Counted from the first letter of the stretch, positions 31,452 through 41,929 are shown. The stretch is DNA of 64,000 nucleotides from Candidatus Kapaibacterium sp. (GCA_963665665.1 OY762428.1:96001-160000); one strand, 5' to 3'. Notes: generated from the sequence alone by a model not told the origin. Numbers and translations are program-made.

Positions 31452-32525
31452 TCACCACCATATTCTGAACGGTACATATTCCTTTTCACCTGTCAGGTGC
31501 TTAATCAGCTTGTAGCATTCCAGCCGCACCAGCCGCCGGTAAGATATTTTGCGATTCAGCGTCCTGTGCTTTATTGTTGTTTGAAGCCTCTCGTCGTAAA
31601 GCCGGGCAATTTCCTTTCTTCCTTTTTCCTTCAAATAGCAATAACCCAGGTCTTTTTCGAAATCATCAATCTTAACCCGGCCGGAATTAACAGCCTTGAA
31701 AATCAGCCTTTCGGCAAGGATGGGCTTGAATATTTCCGCGACGTCCAGGGCCAGCGAGAACCTTCTTTCGCCGGGTTCGTGCAGGAATGATACCGCCGGG
31801 TCGAGCTGGGTGAAATAAATTTCGGACAGGGCAGTGGTATAAACCAGCGAGTTGCAATAGGAAATCAGCGCGTTAACAGGGTTTGTAGGCGGGTTGTACT
31901 CCCTTTTGCTAAACTCAAAGGCGTCGGCCAGTATCTCGTTGTAAGCCGTGTAATAAATTTTACGAACCCGTCCCTCGACGCTCATCAGTTCCGGTATATC
32001 GGGCGCAAGGTCAATTTCTCCGATCAGGTTTTCAATCTGCATAATCTGCTCCTCGATCTCCCTGCCGCGTTTGCTGTAATATTTCAGGTTCCTGAGCAGG
32101 TTGTCCGAAGCGCCGAGAACAATTTTTTTTGCCAGTTCCATCCGTTTTTTCTTGTTTTTATAATGCAACACCTGGCGCACCAGCAGGTATCCGCTGATAA
32201 GTTTCTTCTTACATACGTAGCTGCCGTGGTAAAAGCCGTAGCGGTTAAAAAAATGGATATTAATATCGTTCGCGGAGCAGAACTCCAGGAAGCGGGTATT
32301 GAACGAGGCCTCGGCCATGATATAGAAATTGGAAATATCATGTACCGGAACAACCTTTTTCCGGACGCTGTCGGCAAAGGGCTGGTCGCTGTCAATCGAT
32401 AGCAGAATTTCTTCCTGAAGCTGAAAATCTTCTTCGGGCGGAACTTCGGCGAAGGGATGAAAAAAGACTGTATTGTCCTTTCGCATCAGTTTTCCGGGCG
32501 TAAAAATATAGAGATTTTTCTTCAT
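31452..32525 (-). CDS. cas1: Type I-B Cas1
   Basis: RKDNT, LMSVEG, NALISY-NS, SFLHEP, LALDVAEIFKP, C-terminal WW. Confidence 0.96.
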   Translation of the reverse strand: MKKNLYIFTPGKLMRKDNTVFFHPFAEVPPEEDFQLQEEILLSIDSDQPFADSVRKKVVPVHDISNFYIMAEASFNTRFLEFCSANDINIHFFNRYGFYHGSYVCKKKLISGYLLVRQVLHYKNKKKRMELAKKIVLGASDNLLRNLKYYSKRGREIEEQIMQIENLIGEIDLAPDIPELMSVEGRVRKIYYTAYNEILADAFEFSKREYNPPTNPVNALISYCNSLVYTTALSEIYFTQLDPAVSFLHEPGERRFSLALDVAEIFKPILAERLIFKAVNSGRVKIDDFEKDLGYCYLKEKGRKEIARLYDERLQTTIKHRTLNRKISYRRLVRLECYKLIKHLTGEKEYVPFRIWW

Positions 32526-32537
32526 AAGCGCAATAAG

Positions 32538-33053
32538 TTAAATGAAACATAGCTCGTAGTAGGCGCATTTTTTGCAAACGCCGGTATTCTTTGGCAGCGC
32601 GTCGGGCAGCCCGGCATTTTTCACATCCTCAACGCCTTTCAGAATATTCATCAGTTCGGGAATATCCTCGTCGGCAAGCGTGATTTTATTTTTTTTCTTC
32701 AATTCAGGATAGTTCAATTCGCCGGTAAAATCACCAATGCCCTTAGTTTTGAAATACCAGATATAATACCTGAGCTGCCAGCCGTGGGCATCTTCCATGC
32801 GGTCGGATTTTTTCACCTCGTGGATAATTTTTTTATCTAAGTCCAACCAGTCAACTTTGACTTTGTCAATCAGGAATTCTTTCTTTTTCCGCATATAATG
32901 CGAGCTGTGCAAAAGGTTGCCAAGCGCGACGTTGTCGTGTTCGGCCTCGCAGTTGATATACTTTGCTGAATACCAAAGCTTCCGCTTACAGACAAAGAAA
33001 TAATTAATTTCAGTGCCTGTAGCGGAAAGCTGTAAATATAGTTCTTCGTTCAT
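32538..33053 (-). CDS. cas4: Cas4 nuclease
   Basis: TGTEINY-FVCKRKLW, HEVKKS, QLRYY, CKKCAYYELC. Confidence 0.95.
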   Translation of the reverse strand: MNEELYLQLSATGTEINYFFVCKRKLWYSAKYINCEAEHDNVALGNLLHSSHYMRKKKEFLIDKVKVDWLDLDKKIIHEVKKSDRMEDAHGWQLRYYIWYFKTKGIGDFTGELNYPELKKKNKITLADEDIPELMNILKGVEDVKNAGLPDALPKNTGVCKKCAYYELCFI

Positions 33054-35353
33054 AAGCTACTAAATTTGTTTTTCGTAATCGAAAGAGGCATATTAATGCC
33101 AATTTCATATTGATAAATATCATTATTCAAAATCAATATTGGTTCAACTTCACTACCAATTTGAATTTTTTGCAGATGGCATAAGCCATTTTTTAAAAGT
33201 TTTTCAATTTGATATAGAGGCAACTCGATTGAATGCTCAATTTTCCATGAGTTAAAATCATTGTAAGAATAGAAGAAATAATTATCTGGTTTGCATATAT
33301 AAATTGATTCTTGAGGCGGAATATCCCTGCTTTTCCAATCAAGATTTTCAAATCCTTCTTTATCAATTTGATTTACAGGATTAATTAGCCAATTATTTTT
33401 AAACATTTCTTTAAGAGTTCTGGCATTTTCTATTGATTTAACATTCTTCTCCTTATTGGTGTTATAAATAGTATTCAATAATTCGACAAGTTTATCAGGA
33501 TTGTATTTTTGCAATTTCAAAAGTTCTTTAGTTTTAGTTAATTCAATAACTGGTTCCCAATTTTTCTCTTTTCTTTGATAAGTTCCATAGGGAGCCGGGT
33601 ATATTTTGTTATCTTTTAAAGGAATTAAAACAAATAAATCACCGATTTTATCATTCTCAAACCTGCATAACCTTCCAGCCCTTTGTGTTAATCTGTCAAT
33701 TGGACATATTTCACTTATCATTATTTCAGCGCTGATATTAATACTCATTTCTCCGATCTGAGTCATAATAGCAATTCCTTGGGCATCATTTCTTTTCCAT
33801 GCTTCTTTACCGAGTTTTGAAATTAATTCATCTTCTTTTTTCTTCTTGTCCGGCTCGGTAAAACGGCTGTGGTATAGAATTGGTTTTACGCCCCTTGCTT
33901 CAAAATAGTCGTAATATTTACGAGCTGAATCAACTGTATTCGCATAAATTATTGCCACTCCTTTTTCAATACACTTGTCCAAAATATCTGAGATTTCGTC
34001 AATATAAGTATATTCGACAATTGATTTGACTTCGAACCGATCTCTATCCGAATCAGATTTATCCTCGTAAATCTGTGGTACATCGTATCCGATTTTTCTG
34101 TATTCTTCAATAACACATTCAGGAAGTGAGGCGCTCATAAGTAAAACGGGGACATTCCAAACTTTTAAAGCTCTGAGCAAGACCAATATATTTTCCTGTA
34201 CAAATTCATCATAGAAATCAGCTTCGTCAATAACAAGACAGGAATTAGCCATATTGAACGTAATATGGTGATGATCCTCTCGGCTCAATGTCAGAGCAGT
34301 AAGCAGATGATCTATTGTGCAAACAGTTGTAGTTGTTTCCAATAATCTTGCAAACTCATGGATAGACTTTGCATCTTCCTTGCGAATTTTATTGTTTTCA
34401 ATATCATCTTGAAATTTATTAAACCATGCGCTTGAATGATACAGTCCCGTTTCCGATAAAGATTCAGTTACGCTGATTGATAATGCTGTTGAAGTAAATC
34501 GGGTAGGCATAGCAATTATTAACCTGTCTGCCCGGCCATTTTGAATTTGTTTCTTTGCCCAAAGAAGTGAAGCGTCTGTTTTTCCTGCTCCTGTTGGTGC
34601 TCTTATAAGCAATAAATCAGAGTCCCATTTTTCATTAACCAGCGTTTGGACTCCTCTTTTATTTTCGAAAGGAAATTCATATACAAATTTTTTAAAATCA
34701 GGAAGCAAACAACCCTCTTCTTTCGCACTGGCTCTTCTGTCTGAAAGTTGCAACAAACTTCGTAAAGCAGCGGTTTCATATTGAACCTTTACTATCCGAT
34801 CAAAAGCATCCAAATCAAAGCATTCCGAATTTTTATTACTTTTAAGATCAAAATATTTCCAGTATTTTATTGCATCTTCATCTATCCACCGGTGTTGATG
34901 TTTTCTGCTTAGTTTTGAATGATGTGCAGCAATAGCAACAAGAACCGATAGTGGCAATTTTTCAATTTGTAATCTTTTAAGGCTTGCAATTTCATGCCTG
35001 ACTTTAGCATTACGAATATTCTTGCCAGCATCATCGCCAACATCTTTTTTAAAATTATCAAAATTCCCTTCATTACATTTCTTCCAAATTTTGTAATGTT
35101 GGTAATCTTTCTGACAGGCTGTTTGCCACTTGGGAGTTTTCTTTCCTTCATCATGATACTTACAAACGAATTCTAATCTTTTTTCAAGTGATTCCCCAGT
35201 TCTTTTATTATACTTACTGAAAGTATTTTGCCTGATTTTCTGAATAATTTTGGCCTCAGATATTACATTGGCAACATGTTCTTCCAATGTAATACCCGAG
35301 GGTTTTGCCAAAAATATTTTTTCTTTTTTAATCACGGCCAAAAGCTTCGGCAA
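33050..35353 (-). CDS. cas3: Cas3 HD nuclease-helicase
   Basis: LAKP...EH, HDEGK, AAHH, APTGAGKT, IDEAD, QRAGR; true start may be GTG at 35335. Confidence 0.95.
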   Translation of the reverse strand: MPKLLAVIKKEKIFLAKPSGITLEEHVANVISEAKIIQKIRQNTFSKYNKRTGESLEKRLEFVCKYHDEGKKTPKWQTACQKDYQHYKIWKKCNEGNFDNFKKDVGDDAGKNIRNAKVRHEIASLKRLQIEKLPLSVLVAIAAHHSKLSRKHQHRWIDEDAIKYWKYFDLKSNKNSECFDLDAFDRIVKVQYETAALRSLLQLSDRRASAKEEGCLLPDFKKFVYEFPFENKRGVQTLVNEKWDSDLLLIRAPTGAGKTDASLLWAKKQIQNGRADRLIIAMPTRFTSTALSISVTESLSETGLYHSSAWFNKFQDDIENNKIRKEDAKSIHEFARLLETTTTVCTIDHLLTALTLSREDHHHITFNMANSCLVIDEADFYDEFVQENILVLLRALKVWNVPVLLMSASLPECVIEEYRKIGYDVPQIYEDKSDSDRDRFEVKSIVEYTYIDEISDILDKCIEKGVAIIYANTVDSARKYYDYFEARGVKPILYHSRFTEPDKKKKEDELISKLGKEAWKRNDAQGIAIMTQIGEMSINISAEIMISEICPIDRLTQRAGRLCRFENDKIGDLFVLIPLKDNKIYPAPYGTYQRKEKNWEPVIELTKTKELLKLQKYNPDKLVELLNTIYNTNKEKNVKSIENARTLKEMFKNNWLINPVNQIDKEGFENLDWKSRDIPPQESIYICKPDNYFFYSYNDFNSWKIEHSIELPLYQIEKLLKNGLCHLQKIQIGSEVEPILILNNDIYQYEIGINMPLSITKNKFSSL

Positions 35354-36245
35354 ATGTTTTTACTTCATCACCCTCCGAAGGATCAAATAAGATATTATCT
35401 TCTAAGAATTTCATTGCTTCATCGTAAGCTTTTTGGACACTATTTTCAGTTTTATCATTTCCAATAAAATATTTTGCTCCTTGAGCATTAAGTTCAGCAA
35501 TAATATTTTGTTTTTCCTGATCGTCGGCAATAAAATATCGACTTGCTTTTCTGCCAAGTTTTTCATCAAACACAATTAATACTTCCTGTGGTTCCCCGCT
35601 TACGGCATTTCGTGCCTGGCTTGCGTAGTCATTCATATAACGGGTTGCTTCAAGATAAAGTTTTGCCCTTCGCTTTCTTTCGGAATCTTTGGCATGTTTG
35701 AAATATTTTGTACCGATATTGAAGCCTCCTTCATACTTAAATGCTTTGGAAATACTCAGTCCGGAAATATCCAGAAAGAAGTTCATGTGCATTAAATCAT
35801 ACTCCGAAAATTCCTTTGTCGCTAAGGATTGTTTTTTAGCATCTTCAGTTTCATCGAAACGAATTCTTACTAATAAATCGCGTCCTACATCGCTTGGTTT
35901 TATAGCAACAGCGGGTGTAACAGAAAGCGGCGCAGTTCTCCTTCCGGAATAATCGCCTTTAGACGGATGCATGAATCCGCCCATATCGGAGCGTAAATCC
36001 TTTTCAATTAAATTACTGACCCCATCCCCGTTTGAAACAAAAGTTTCGCCTCTATTTTCATCGAATTCATTCAGTCGGTCAATCGCTGAAAACAGAACAT
36101 GTCGTTGCATCTGACCCGATACATAAACTTTCCCGTCTGGTCTTCTTTTTATTGATGAAGCGTTGCCTAATAATTTTTCACCACCGTTAGCTATGTGGTT
36201 TTCGAAAGGTGCTAATATCGATACTAAGATTCCTTTGATTTTCAT
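35328..36245 (-). CDS. cas7: Cas7 backbone subunit (DevR-like)
   Basis: NGGEK-LGN-SSIK, YVSGQMQRH, D-GGFM, RR-AP; operon position. Confidence 0.8.
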   Translation of the reverse strand: MKIKGILVSILAPFENHIANGGEKLLGNASSIKRRPDGKVYVSGQMQRHVLFSAIDRLNEFDENRGETFVSNGDGVSNLIEKDLRSDMGGFMHPSKGDYSGRRTAPLSVTPAVAIKPSDVGRDLLVRIRFDETEDAKKQSLATKEFSEYDLMHMNFFLDISGLSISKAFKYEGGFNIGTKYFKHAKDSERKRRAKLYLEATRYMNDYASQARNAVSGEPQEVLIVFDEKLGRKASRYFIADDQEKQNIIAELNAQGAKYFIGNDKTENSVQKAYDEAMKFLEDNILFDPSEGDEVKTFAEAFGRD

Positions 36246-36264
36246 TTTTATACTCCAATTTTTA

Positions 36265-37737
36265 TTAATTTACAGTTTCAAAAATAATGTCATCTTCTTT
36301 AATTTCTTCTTCTTTAACTTCTTTTTCTGGCAGATTCTTTAGCCTTGAAAAAGCTATTATCAAATTTTTTGACTGTTCTAACGACAATTCTTCGCTTGCT
36401 GTTTTCTCGAAAAATAGTTCGGCTTCTTTTGGCGCCTCGCTATAAGAAAGCCTTCCTGCTCTGGTAACCGTTTGGGCAATAAGCGCAGTTCCGTCTTTTG
36501 CCGAAAAAGCGGCGCTTTCCAGTTCAATTAATGCCTTAGCTTTAGCCTCTCTGATTTTTTCAGGAGTAGCTCCATCTCCAATTTCATTCTTTGCGGCAAT
36601 ATATGCCACTCGATTAAGCCATCTGCCATAAGCCTTTGCAGATTCGATGATTTCAGGTTTGATTTTTTCCATTTTCTTAAAAAATATGTTGAACAAAATT
36701 TCTGTTTTTTCAGGATATTCGGCTCTAAAGGAAAGAAAATCTTTAAACGCCGGTCGGTTAAATAATTGCAAAAAGCGGCTTGTCATTAGGTCAAATTTTT
36801 GATACTCTGTATTATTATAGGTTCTTCTGTCCTGATTATATAACTTCGAATAATACAGACCGTCAATAATTGTTTTTAATACGCTATCCTTAGCAAGATC
36901 AATAATATAGTGATGAACGCTAAAAGGCTGCGCATCTCCATATTTAATTATATATAAGGTTGAATTCTTCAAACTTTCCAATACTGACTTTGCTAATTCA
37001 GAAGTTTCTTCTAATTTGGCAAATTCACCTATAGCGGCAATTAACCCAATACCACCAAGAATTGAACTTTTAGGAGCATTGGGAAAATTTCCATGATAAA
37101 TACTTGGTCTTTTAGGATAATATTTTTTATCTTTTTCTTCAACCTTCCCAAAATACAACTCTTTTGTGTTTTCCATGATTGTCATTTTTTTAAACAAACG
37201 AACAAAACTTATCATTTCATCAACATTTAAGTCAGGAATTATACAAAAATTATTATAATTGGGAAACGAACTCAAACATGGTTTTATAGGCGTTAGGGTT
37301 GTGACAGTTAACAAACCTCTTGTTTCGAGAGAAGCTTTACTTAATCCTCGAAAATCACTTTTTACAAAAGATAAATACTCACCAGCAATTGGCAACATAC
37401 CTTGTAATACATCTCTTTTACTATCTTTTTTTTGCTCATGAAATATTTTAATTAATTCATTAGCTTTATTCCAAATATTTACAGATTTTTTCGCAGAAGT
37501 AATGACATTGTATGCTAAAAAAATAAAATTTGGAGCATTATTTTTCTTTCGCGTGTATCTATACTGTATCTTATCCTTATTATTATAAGAATCTTTCGGT
37601 TCCATGCTAAAAAATTCCAAACAATATTCCAACTCTTTACAAATATGTTTTTTTGTAATCGCTGAAATATTTTCTAAATGATATTTGTCGCAAAGTATTG
37701 CTTGTGAATATCTACTATATACATTCTCATTCTCCAT
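36265..37737 (-). CDS. cas8: Cas8 large subunit (Csp2/PGING-like)
   Basis: ~490 aa between cas5 and cas7; RPSIY-GNFPNAP; helical C-terminus resembling a Cas11-like segment; subtype assignment from recall only. Confidence 0.7.
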   Translation of the reverse strand: MENENVYSRYSQAILCDKYHLENISAITKKHICKELEYCLEFFSMEPKDSYNNKDKIQYRYTRKKNNAPNFIFLAYNVITSAKKSVNIWNKANELIKIFHEQKKDSKRDVLQGMLPIAGEYLSFVKSDFRGLSKASLETRGLLTVTTLTPIKPCLSSFPNYNNFCIIPDLNVDEMISFVRLFKKMTIMENTKELYFGKVEEKDKKYYPKRPSIYHGNFPNAPKSSILGGIGLIAAIGEFAKLEETSELAKSVLESLKNSTLYIIKYGDAQPFSVHHYIIDLAKDSVLKTIIDGLYYSKLYNQDRRTYNNTEYQKFDLMTSRFLQLFNRPAFKDFLSFRAEYPEKTEILFNIFFKKMEKIKPEIIESAKAYGRWLNRVAYIAAKNEIGDGATPEKIREAKAKALIELESAAFSAKDGTALIAQTVTRAGRLSYSEAPKEAELFFEKTASEELSLEQSKNLIIAFSRLKNLPEKEVKEEEIKEDDIIFETVN

Positions 37738-38428
37738 ATTCAATCCTAGTATTAATCCAACCTTCACTGTTTCCTAAATATGTTATATTGTATTCGAATA
37801 AATGATTTTCAACTAATTCGAACAAATCAAAATCAAACCATAGTCTAAAAACAAAACTATGGTTATAATAATAATATTCTCTGTTTGTAGGTTTAGTATA
37901 ACAGAATGGATAATTTCGATGATTTTGATTAAAATATAATCCGAAATTAAAATCCTTATTTTTTTCTAATCTTCTTAGGTTCGGTATAAGTCGATAATCG
38001 AGATTTGGAGTTCCCTTAGGATGTGTATCAGAAATTTCATTATCTCCGGCTCTTCTTAAACATCTGCTCCACAGATCAATAAAAGAAAAATATTCGGGAA
38101 TTTCAACAGATTCAATTTCAAAATAATCCATAAGCAAGGGAATATAAGTTGAGCCGTGTTGATATTTTATATATGGAACTTTTTGCTTTTTTCGCAATTT
38201 TACTAAATCTTTTACAATTGCCATTCTATCTGCAATATCAATATGCCACCCTAAGATATTTTCAAACAAGCCACAAAGCATTTTTTTTGACGGGCTTTTC
38301 AAGGACTTGTAGAAAGATCCCGGTAAGTCGTTAACCATTGATAATGGAGCTAAGGGATCGATTATCAATTTCACTTTCTTTTCAGGTTTTGGTATTTTTT
38401 CCAATATAGATAAATTTATTTCTTGCAT
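37727..38428 (-). CDS. cas5: Cas5 (Cas5p/PGING-like)
   Basis: I-PLAPLSMV..PGSFY, P-KKMLCGLFENILG, PT-REY, YLGNSEGW; RBS AGGAG. Confidence 0.82.
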   Translation of the reverse strand: MQEINLSILEKIPKPEKKVKLIIDPLAPLSMVNDLPGSFYKSLKSPSKKMLCGLFENILGWHIDIADRMAIVKDLVKLRKKQKVPYIKYQHGSTYIPLLMDYFEIESVEIPEYFSFIDLWSRCLRRAGDNEISDTHPKGTPNLDYRLIPNLRRLEKNKDFNFGLYFNQNHRNYPFCYTKPTNREYYYYNHSFVFRLWFDFDLFELVENHLFEYNITYLGNSEGWINTRIEYGE

Positions 38429-38436
38429 AATAACTC

Positions 38437-39093
38437 CTATAATCTTACAGCCCCGAAACCTGCCCCGGCACTCTCGCCAACGCCTACGTTGTAGGCAAAG
38501 CGGATCAGTTCGGGAGCGCCCTCGAGTATCACGGGGCACAGGTTGGCTTTGTTTTGAATATTATTGAAATTGACAATTTTTGTTTTCGCGCGCTGGTAGT
38601 CACGGTCGAATCGTATTCTAATATCGCCGCTCAGCCCGGCCAGCTTCATTTTGCTCTGCATTACTTCGGTCATTCGTTCGTCGGCTGCAGGATTATTCCA
38701 CTCCAGGTGCTCGCATCCCTTATCGGTTTTCCGGCGCACCAGGGCAGGGGAAGCCAGGTGCAGGTATTCCCTTTCCGAGAACTCGGGCCTGCTGCCGATA
38801 ATTATCTCCTGCGCGCGCATCCCGTTGAACATCGTCGGATCATCTCTTACCCCGGTGATAATGCGCTCCAATAAATCTCCCTCGTGCGCCGATATAAAGA
38901 AATTTGCGCCCTCAGGGAAGTTTAGCCCCTTCTTTGCCGGACGTGCTCCGCTCAGCCAGCTTATTGAGTAGAGCGATATGCCGTCGTGCTCTATATTCTC
39001 GCCAAGCCATTTGTGCAGCGCCCCGACCATTTTCTGTTGGTAATCGTAATGTACAAGCTCAGTGTTCCGGCTTGTTTGGAAATATAATCTCAA
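38437..39093 (-). CDS. cas6: Cas6 endoribonuclease
   Basis: LHKWLG-N--HD--SLYS-SWL and C-terminal G-rich loop GVGESAGAGFG; TTG start after GGAGG. Confidence 0.93.
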   Translation of the reverse strand: MRLYFQTSRNTELVHYDYQQKMVGALHKWLGENIEHDGISLYSISWLSGARPAKKGLNFPEGANFFISAHEGDLLERIITGVRDDPTMFNGMRAQEIIIGSRPEFSEREYLHLASPALVRRKTDKGCEHLEWNNPAADERMTEVMQSKMKLAGLSGDIRIRFDRDYQRAKTKIVNFNNIQNKANLCPVILEGAPELIRFAYNVGVGESAGAGFGAVRL

Positions 39094-39805
39094 TTGCGCC
39101 TCCAAAATTATAAATATTAGATGACTTGATATCAAAACCATGTATATCAAGGTTAGTTCAAGCCTCTGATTGCGACTTGATAATATTATATAAATAGTCA
39201 GTTAACTGATGACATCTGAATGTGATATCAATCCGGTAGCTGGATCAATTTCATCGAAAAATATTAAAATACAAGCATAAGAAAATCTCCCACAAATAAT
39301 ACCCCTCTTAAAATAAGATTTCTGCCCGATAAGCAGGAAATAAGACTATTTTTTTTCTTTTCACTGATTTTATTATTATATTATACAAAAAATAAATTAT
39401 AATTCCAATTATTTTGATATTTTTTGAAGTTAGTATTTTCTTCTGAATAAGTTTTTTTCCTGATCTTTATAAATTGAAGATTTTAAGCTAATAAATTTGA
39501 GAAATTGTCAGATAATGATAAAATATGAAATACAAAAGGAATCCAGACTGATTTTATTATTTTATTATTATTCTGAGAATTTTGAAATTCAATAGCATGA
39601 AAAAATTGTATTTTGCCATCTTAAAAACTGGGGTAAGAACTCTTGATCATTATCGATAATATTGAAGAGAATTGTCTTATATTGGATTTATGATAATGTT
39701 TACAATTATTGAATATAAAAAATATTGTTTAGAATAATGTTATATATAATTTATAATTATTTTATAAGTATATATAATATATAGAGTAATGATATTATTA
39801 CTACA

Positions 39806-40467
39806 GTCCCGAAGGGAGGGCTTTGAAGAAGAATAAGGCAACAACAGAATAAAACATCAGTACTTTGCTTCCGGACAAGGCAGCAATGAAGCAAAACATT
39901 GCTGCAATAGTGTCGACCAAGAGTTCATTATCTTCAAACATCGGTGCATCGATTTGGAACAATGCGTCATTATCTTCAACCAGGGCGGCAATGACTTTGA
40001 CCAAGGCGTCATTGACTTCGACCAAGGCGGCAATAGGTTAAACCTTTGGTACTTTGCTTCTGAACATCGGTGCATTATTCCTGACCCCTCCCAAACCCTC
40101 CCCAAAGGGGAGGGCTTTGAAGAAGAATAAGGCGGCAATGAAGCAAAACATTGCTGCAATAGTGTCGAACAAGACCTCAATACCTCTGACCCCTCCCAAA
40201 CCCTCCCCGAAGGAGAGGGCTTTGAAGAAGAATAAGGCGGCAATGGATTCGAACAAGAGTTCATTATCATCAAACATCAGTACATTGATTTGGAACAATG
40301 CGACAATAAAGCAAAACATTGCTGCAATAGCTTCAACCAAGAGTTCATTATCTTCAAACAAGGCGGCAATGACTCCGACCAAGGTAGCAATGACTCCGAC
40401 CAAGGCATCAATGGAATCAACCATTGGTGCATCGGCTTCGACCCCTCCCAAACCCTCCCCGAAGGGG
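39806..40467. repeat. 21-bp array element, copy C (second-family units plus CCCTCCCC-N3-GGGGAGGG hairpins); continues at 41824-41960 beyond the IS
   Basis: Units AAGCAAAACATTGCTGCAATAG, TCGACCAAGAGTTCATTATCT etc. shared with 1848-2275 and 60930-61370. Confidence 0.88.
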
Positions 40468-41823
40468 CATATGCGCTAACTTAGTGAAAATAAGTAATTC
40501 ATACTACTTTGCCTTTTTCGATGTCCTTCTTTTAGGCAATTAGAAACATCATCCCAGTTGTTAATACATTGATACAAAGTAATACCGGGACTGATGATTT
40601 TCAATAAAATATCTTTAACAAATACATTTTCACGCCATTGTGATGTACTCCTTTTATCATTCTCTTTTATTAAACCTGTAGCCCCAGGGGGAAAAACGCT
40701 CACCTTCATCGATAATAGCCTGAGTAAGGAGAGCTGTGATCATCTTAGCATAAAGCCACGCTCGTGCAGAGTTTTTATCTTTTTTTGGTAAATGCCCCAA
40801 GCCAAATTGACTTTTTAGTTTTTTAAATGAAATTTCAACCTGCCATCTCATTCTATATAATTCTAAGATATTATTAGAAGATATATCATTAATCAAAGAA
40901 GTCACCAAAACAATATAATCATTAAGTCCTAAAGCTGTAGAACTGATTGTCTGTTGTTTTCTAGCAAAATTCTTTTTTGCTTTCTTTCTGGATAACTCAG
41001 CTTGCTCCTTGCTTTTTTTGATAGCACATATACGTACAGGAATCTTTTTATTTTTTGAGGAGGAGGAGGAAATATAAAATATTTTGTCAAATATTTGATC
41101 TAACTTTAAACTTTTTAATTCTTTAATAATATCAACTTTATCATTTTTACTATTATATAGTGTAAAACCTTTATGCTTATATCTGACAACAAAATTTGCT
41201 TTCTTTCCGAGAATTTCTGAAATACCCTTATAACTGCAATATGCTCTGTCAATTAAAAAAAGATCAGAAGAGTTAATTTTGAAATTAGATATAGACTCAC
41301 CGACTTTTGGGCTGGTAATAATAAATTCGTCACACTTGAGGTTGAACAGATTATGGCTGTAATGAAGTCTCCAGTCAGTACCTGTTGACCCCGGCTCAGT
41401 AACAACAGACGCATCGATACATCTTACATTGAAATCCGACAGCCATTCTGGGGAATCTAATGATATCCCCCTATTATGAATCAATCCTAATGCAATCCAG
41501 CGAAGCCAATCAGCAGACGTCCTCATTTTTTTTAATAACGCAACATCTGATATATCTATATTTCTTTCATATTTAAGCTTAGTAGCAACCACCCTCATAG
41601 AATGCCCCGTTGCTACATGCATAAGTATTGCTCGAAGTTGCTCAGAAGGTGAATCAAATGCCCTGCGACGTTGGAAAGCCTGGAGTTCTTTAGCCTTTAA
41701 TTCCCATCCCAAAGGAAGTAAGGTTGTAACTACATCCCATTCTTCTATATGCTTGTTGTACTTTTCCATTTACAAATATAAAAAAATTATATATAAAAAT
41801 CAAACACTAAGTTAGCGCTTATG
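40468..41823 (-). mobile_element. IS4-family, IS186/IS421-like insertion sequence (1356 bp)
   Basis: IRs CATA(T/A)GCGCTAACTTAGTG; 11-bp direct repeat CCCCGAAGGGG on both flanks. Confidence 0.92.
40657..41769 (-). CDS. IS4-family DDE transposase
   Basis: IDAS, PGSTGTDWRLH, IDRAY, YRMRWQVEISFK-LKS (YREK motif). Confidence 0.93.
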   Translation of the reverse strand: MEKYNKHIEEWDVVTTLLPLGWELKAKELQAFQRRRAFDSPSEQLRAILMHVATGHSMRVVATKLKYERNIDISDVALLKKMRTSADWLRWIALGLIHNRGISLDSPEWLSDFNVRCIDASVVTEPGSTGTDWRLHYSHNLFNLKCDEFIITSPKVGESISNFKINSSDLFLIDRAYCSYKGISEILGKKANFVVRYKHKGFTLYNSKNDKVDIIKELKSLKLDQIFDKIFYISSSSSKNKKIPVRICAIKKSKEQAELSRKKAKKNFARKQQTISSTALGLNDYIVLVTSLINDISSNNILELYRMRWQVEISFKKLKSQFGLGHLPKKDKNSARAWLYAKMITALLTQAIIDEGERFSPWGYRFNKRE

Positions 41824-41929
41824 CCCCGAAGGGGAGGGCTTTGAAGTAAAACAAGGCGGCAATAAAGCAAAATATTGCTGCAATAGTGTCGACCATCGGT
41901 GCATTGCCTTCGACTCATCCTACCTCCCC

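Noticed and set aside
22529-39093. CRISPR-associated transposon (CAST)
   Set aside because: cas3 is intact, there is no tnsABC/tniQ, and the IS3 and IS4 each have their own ends and TSDs
39094-39800. CreTA-like degenerate mini-repeats or an anti-CRISPR gene upstream of cas6
   Set aside because: No convincing repeat pair or ORF seen by eye; only a palindrome
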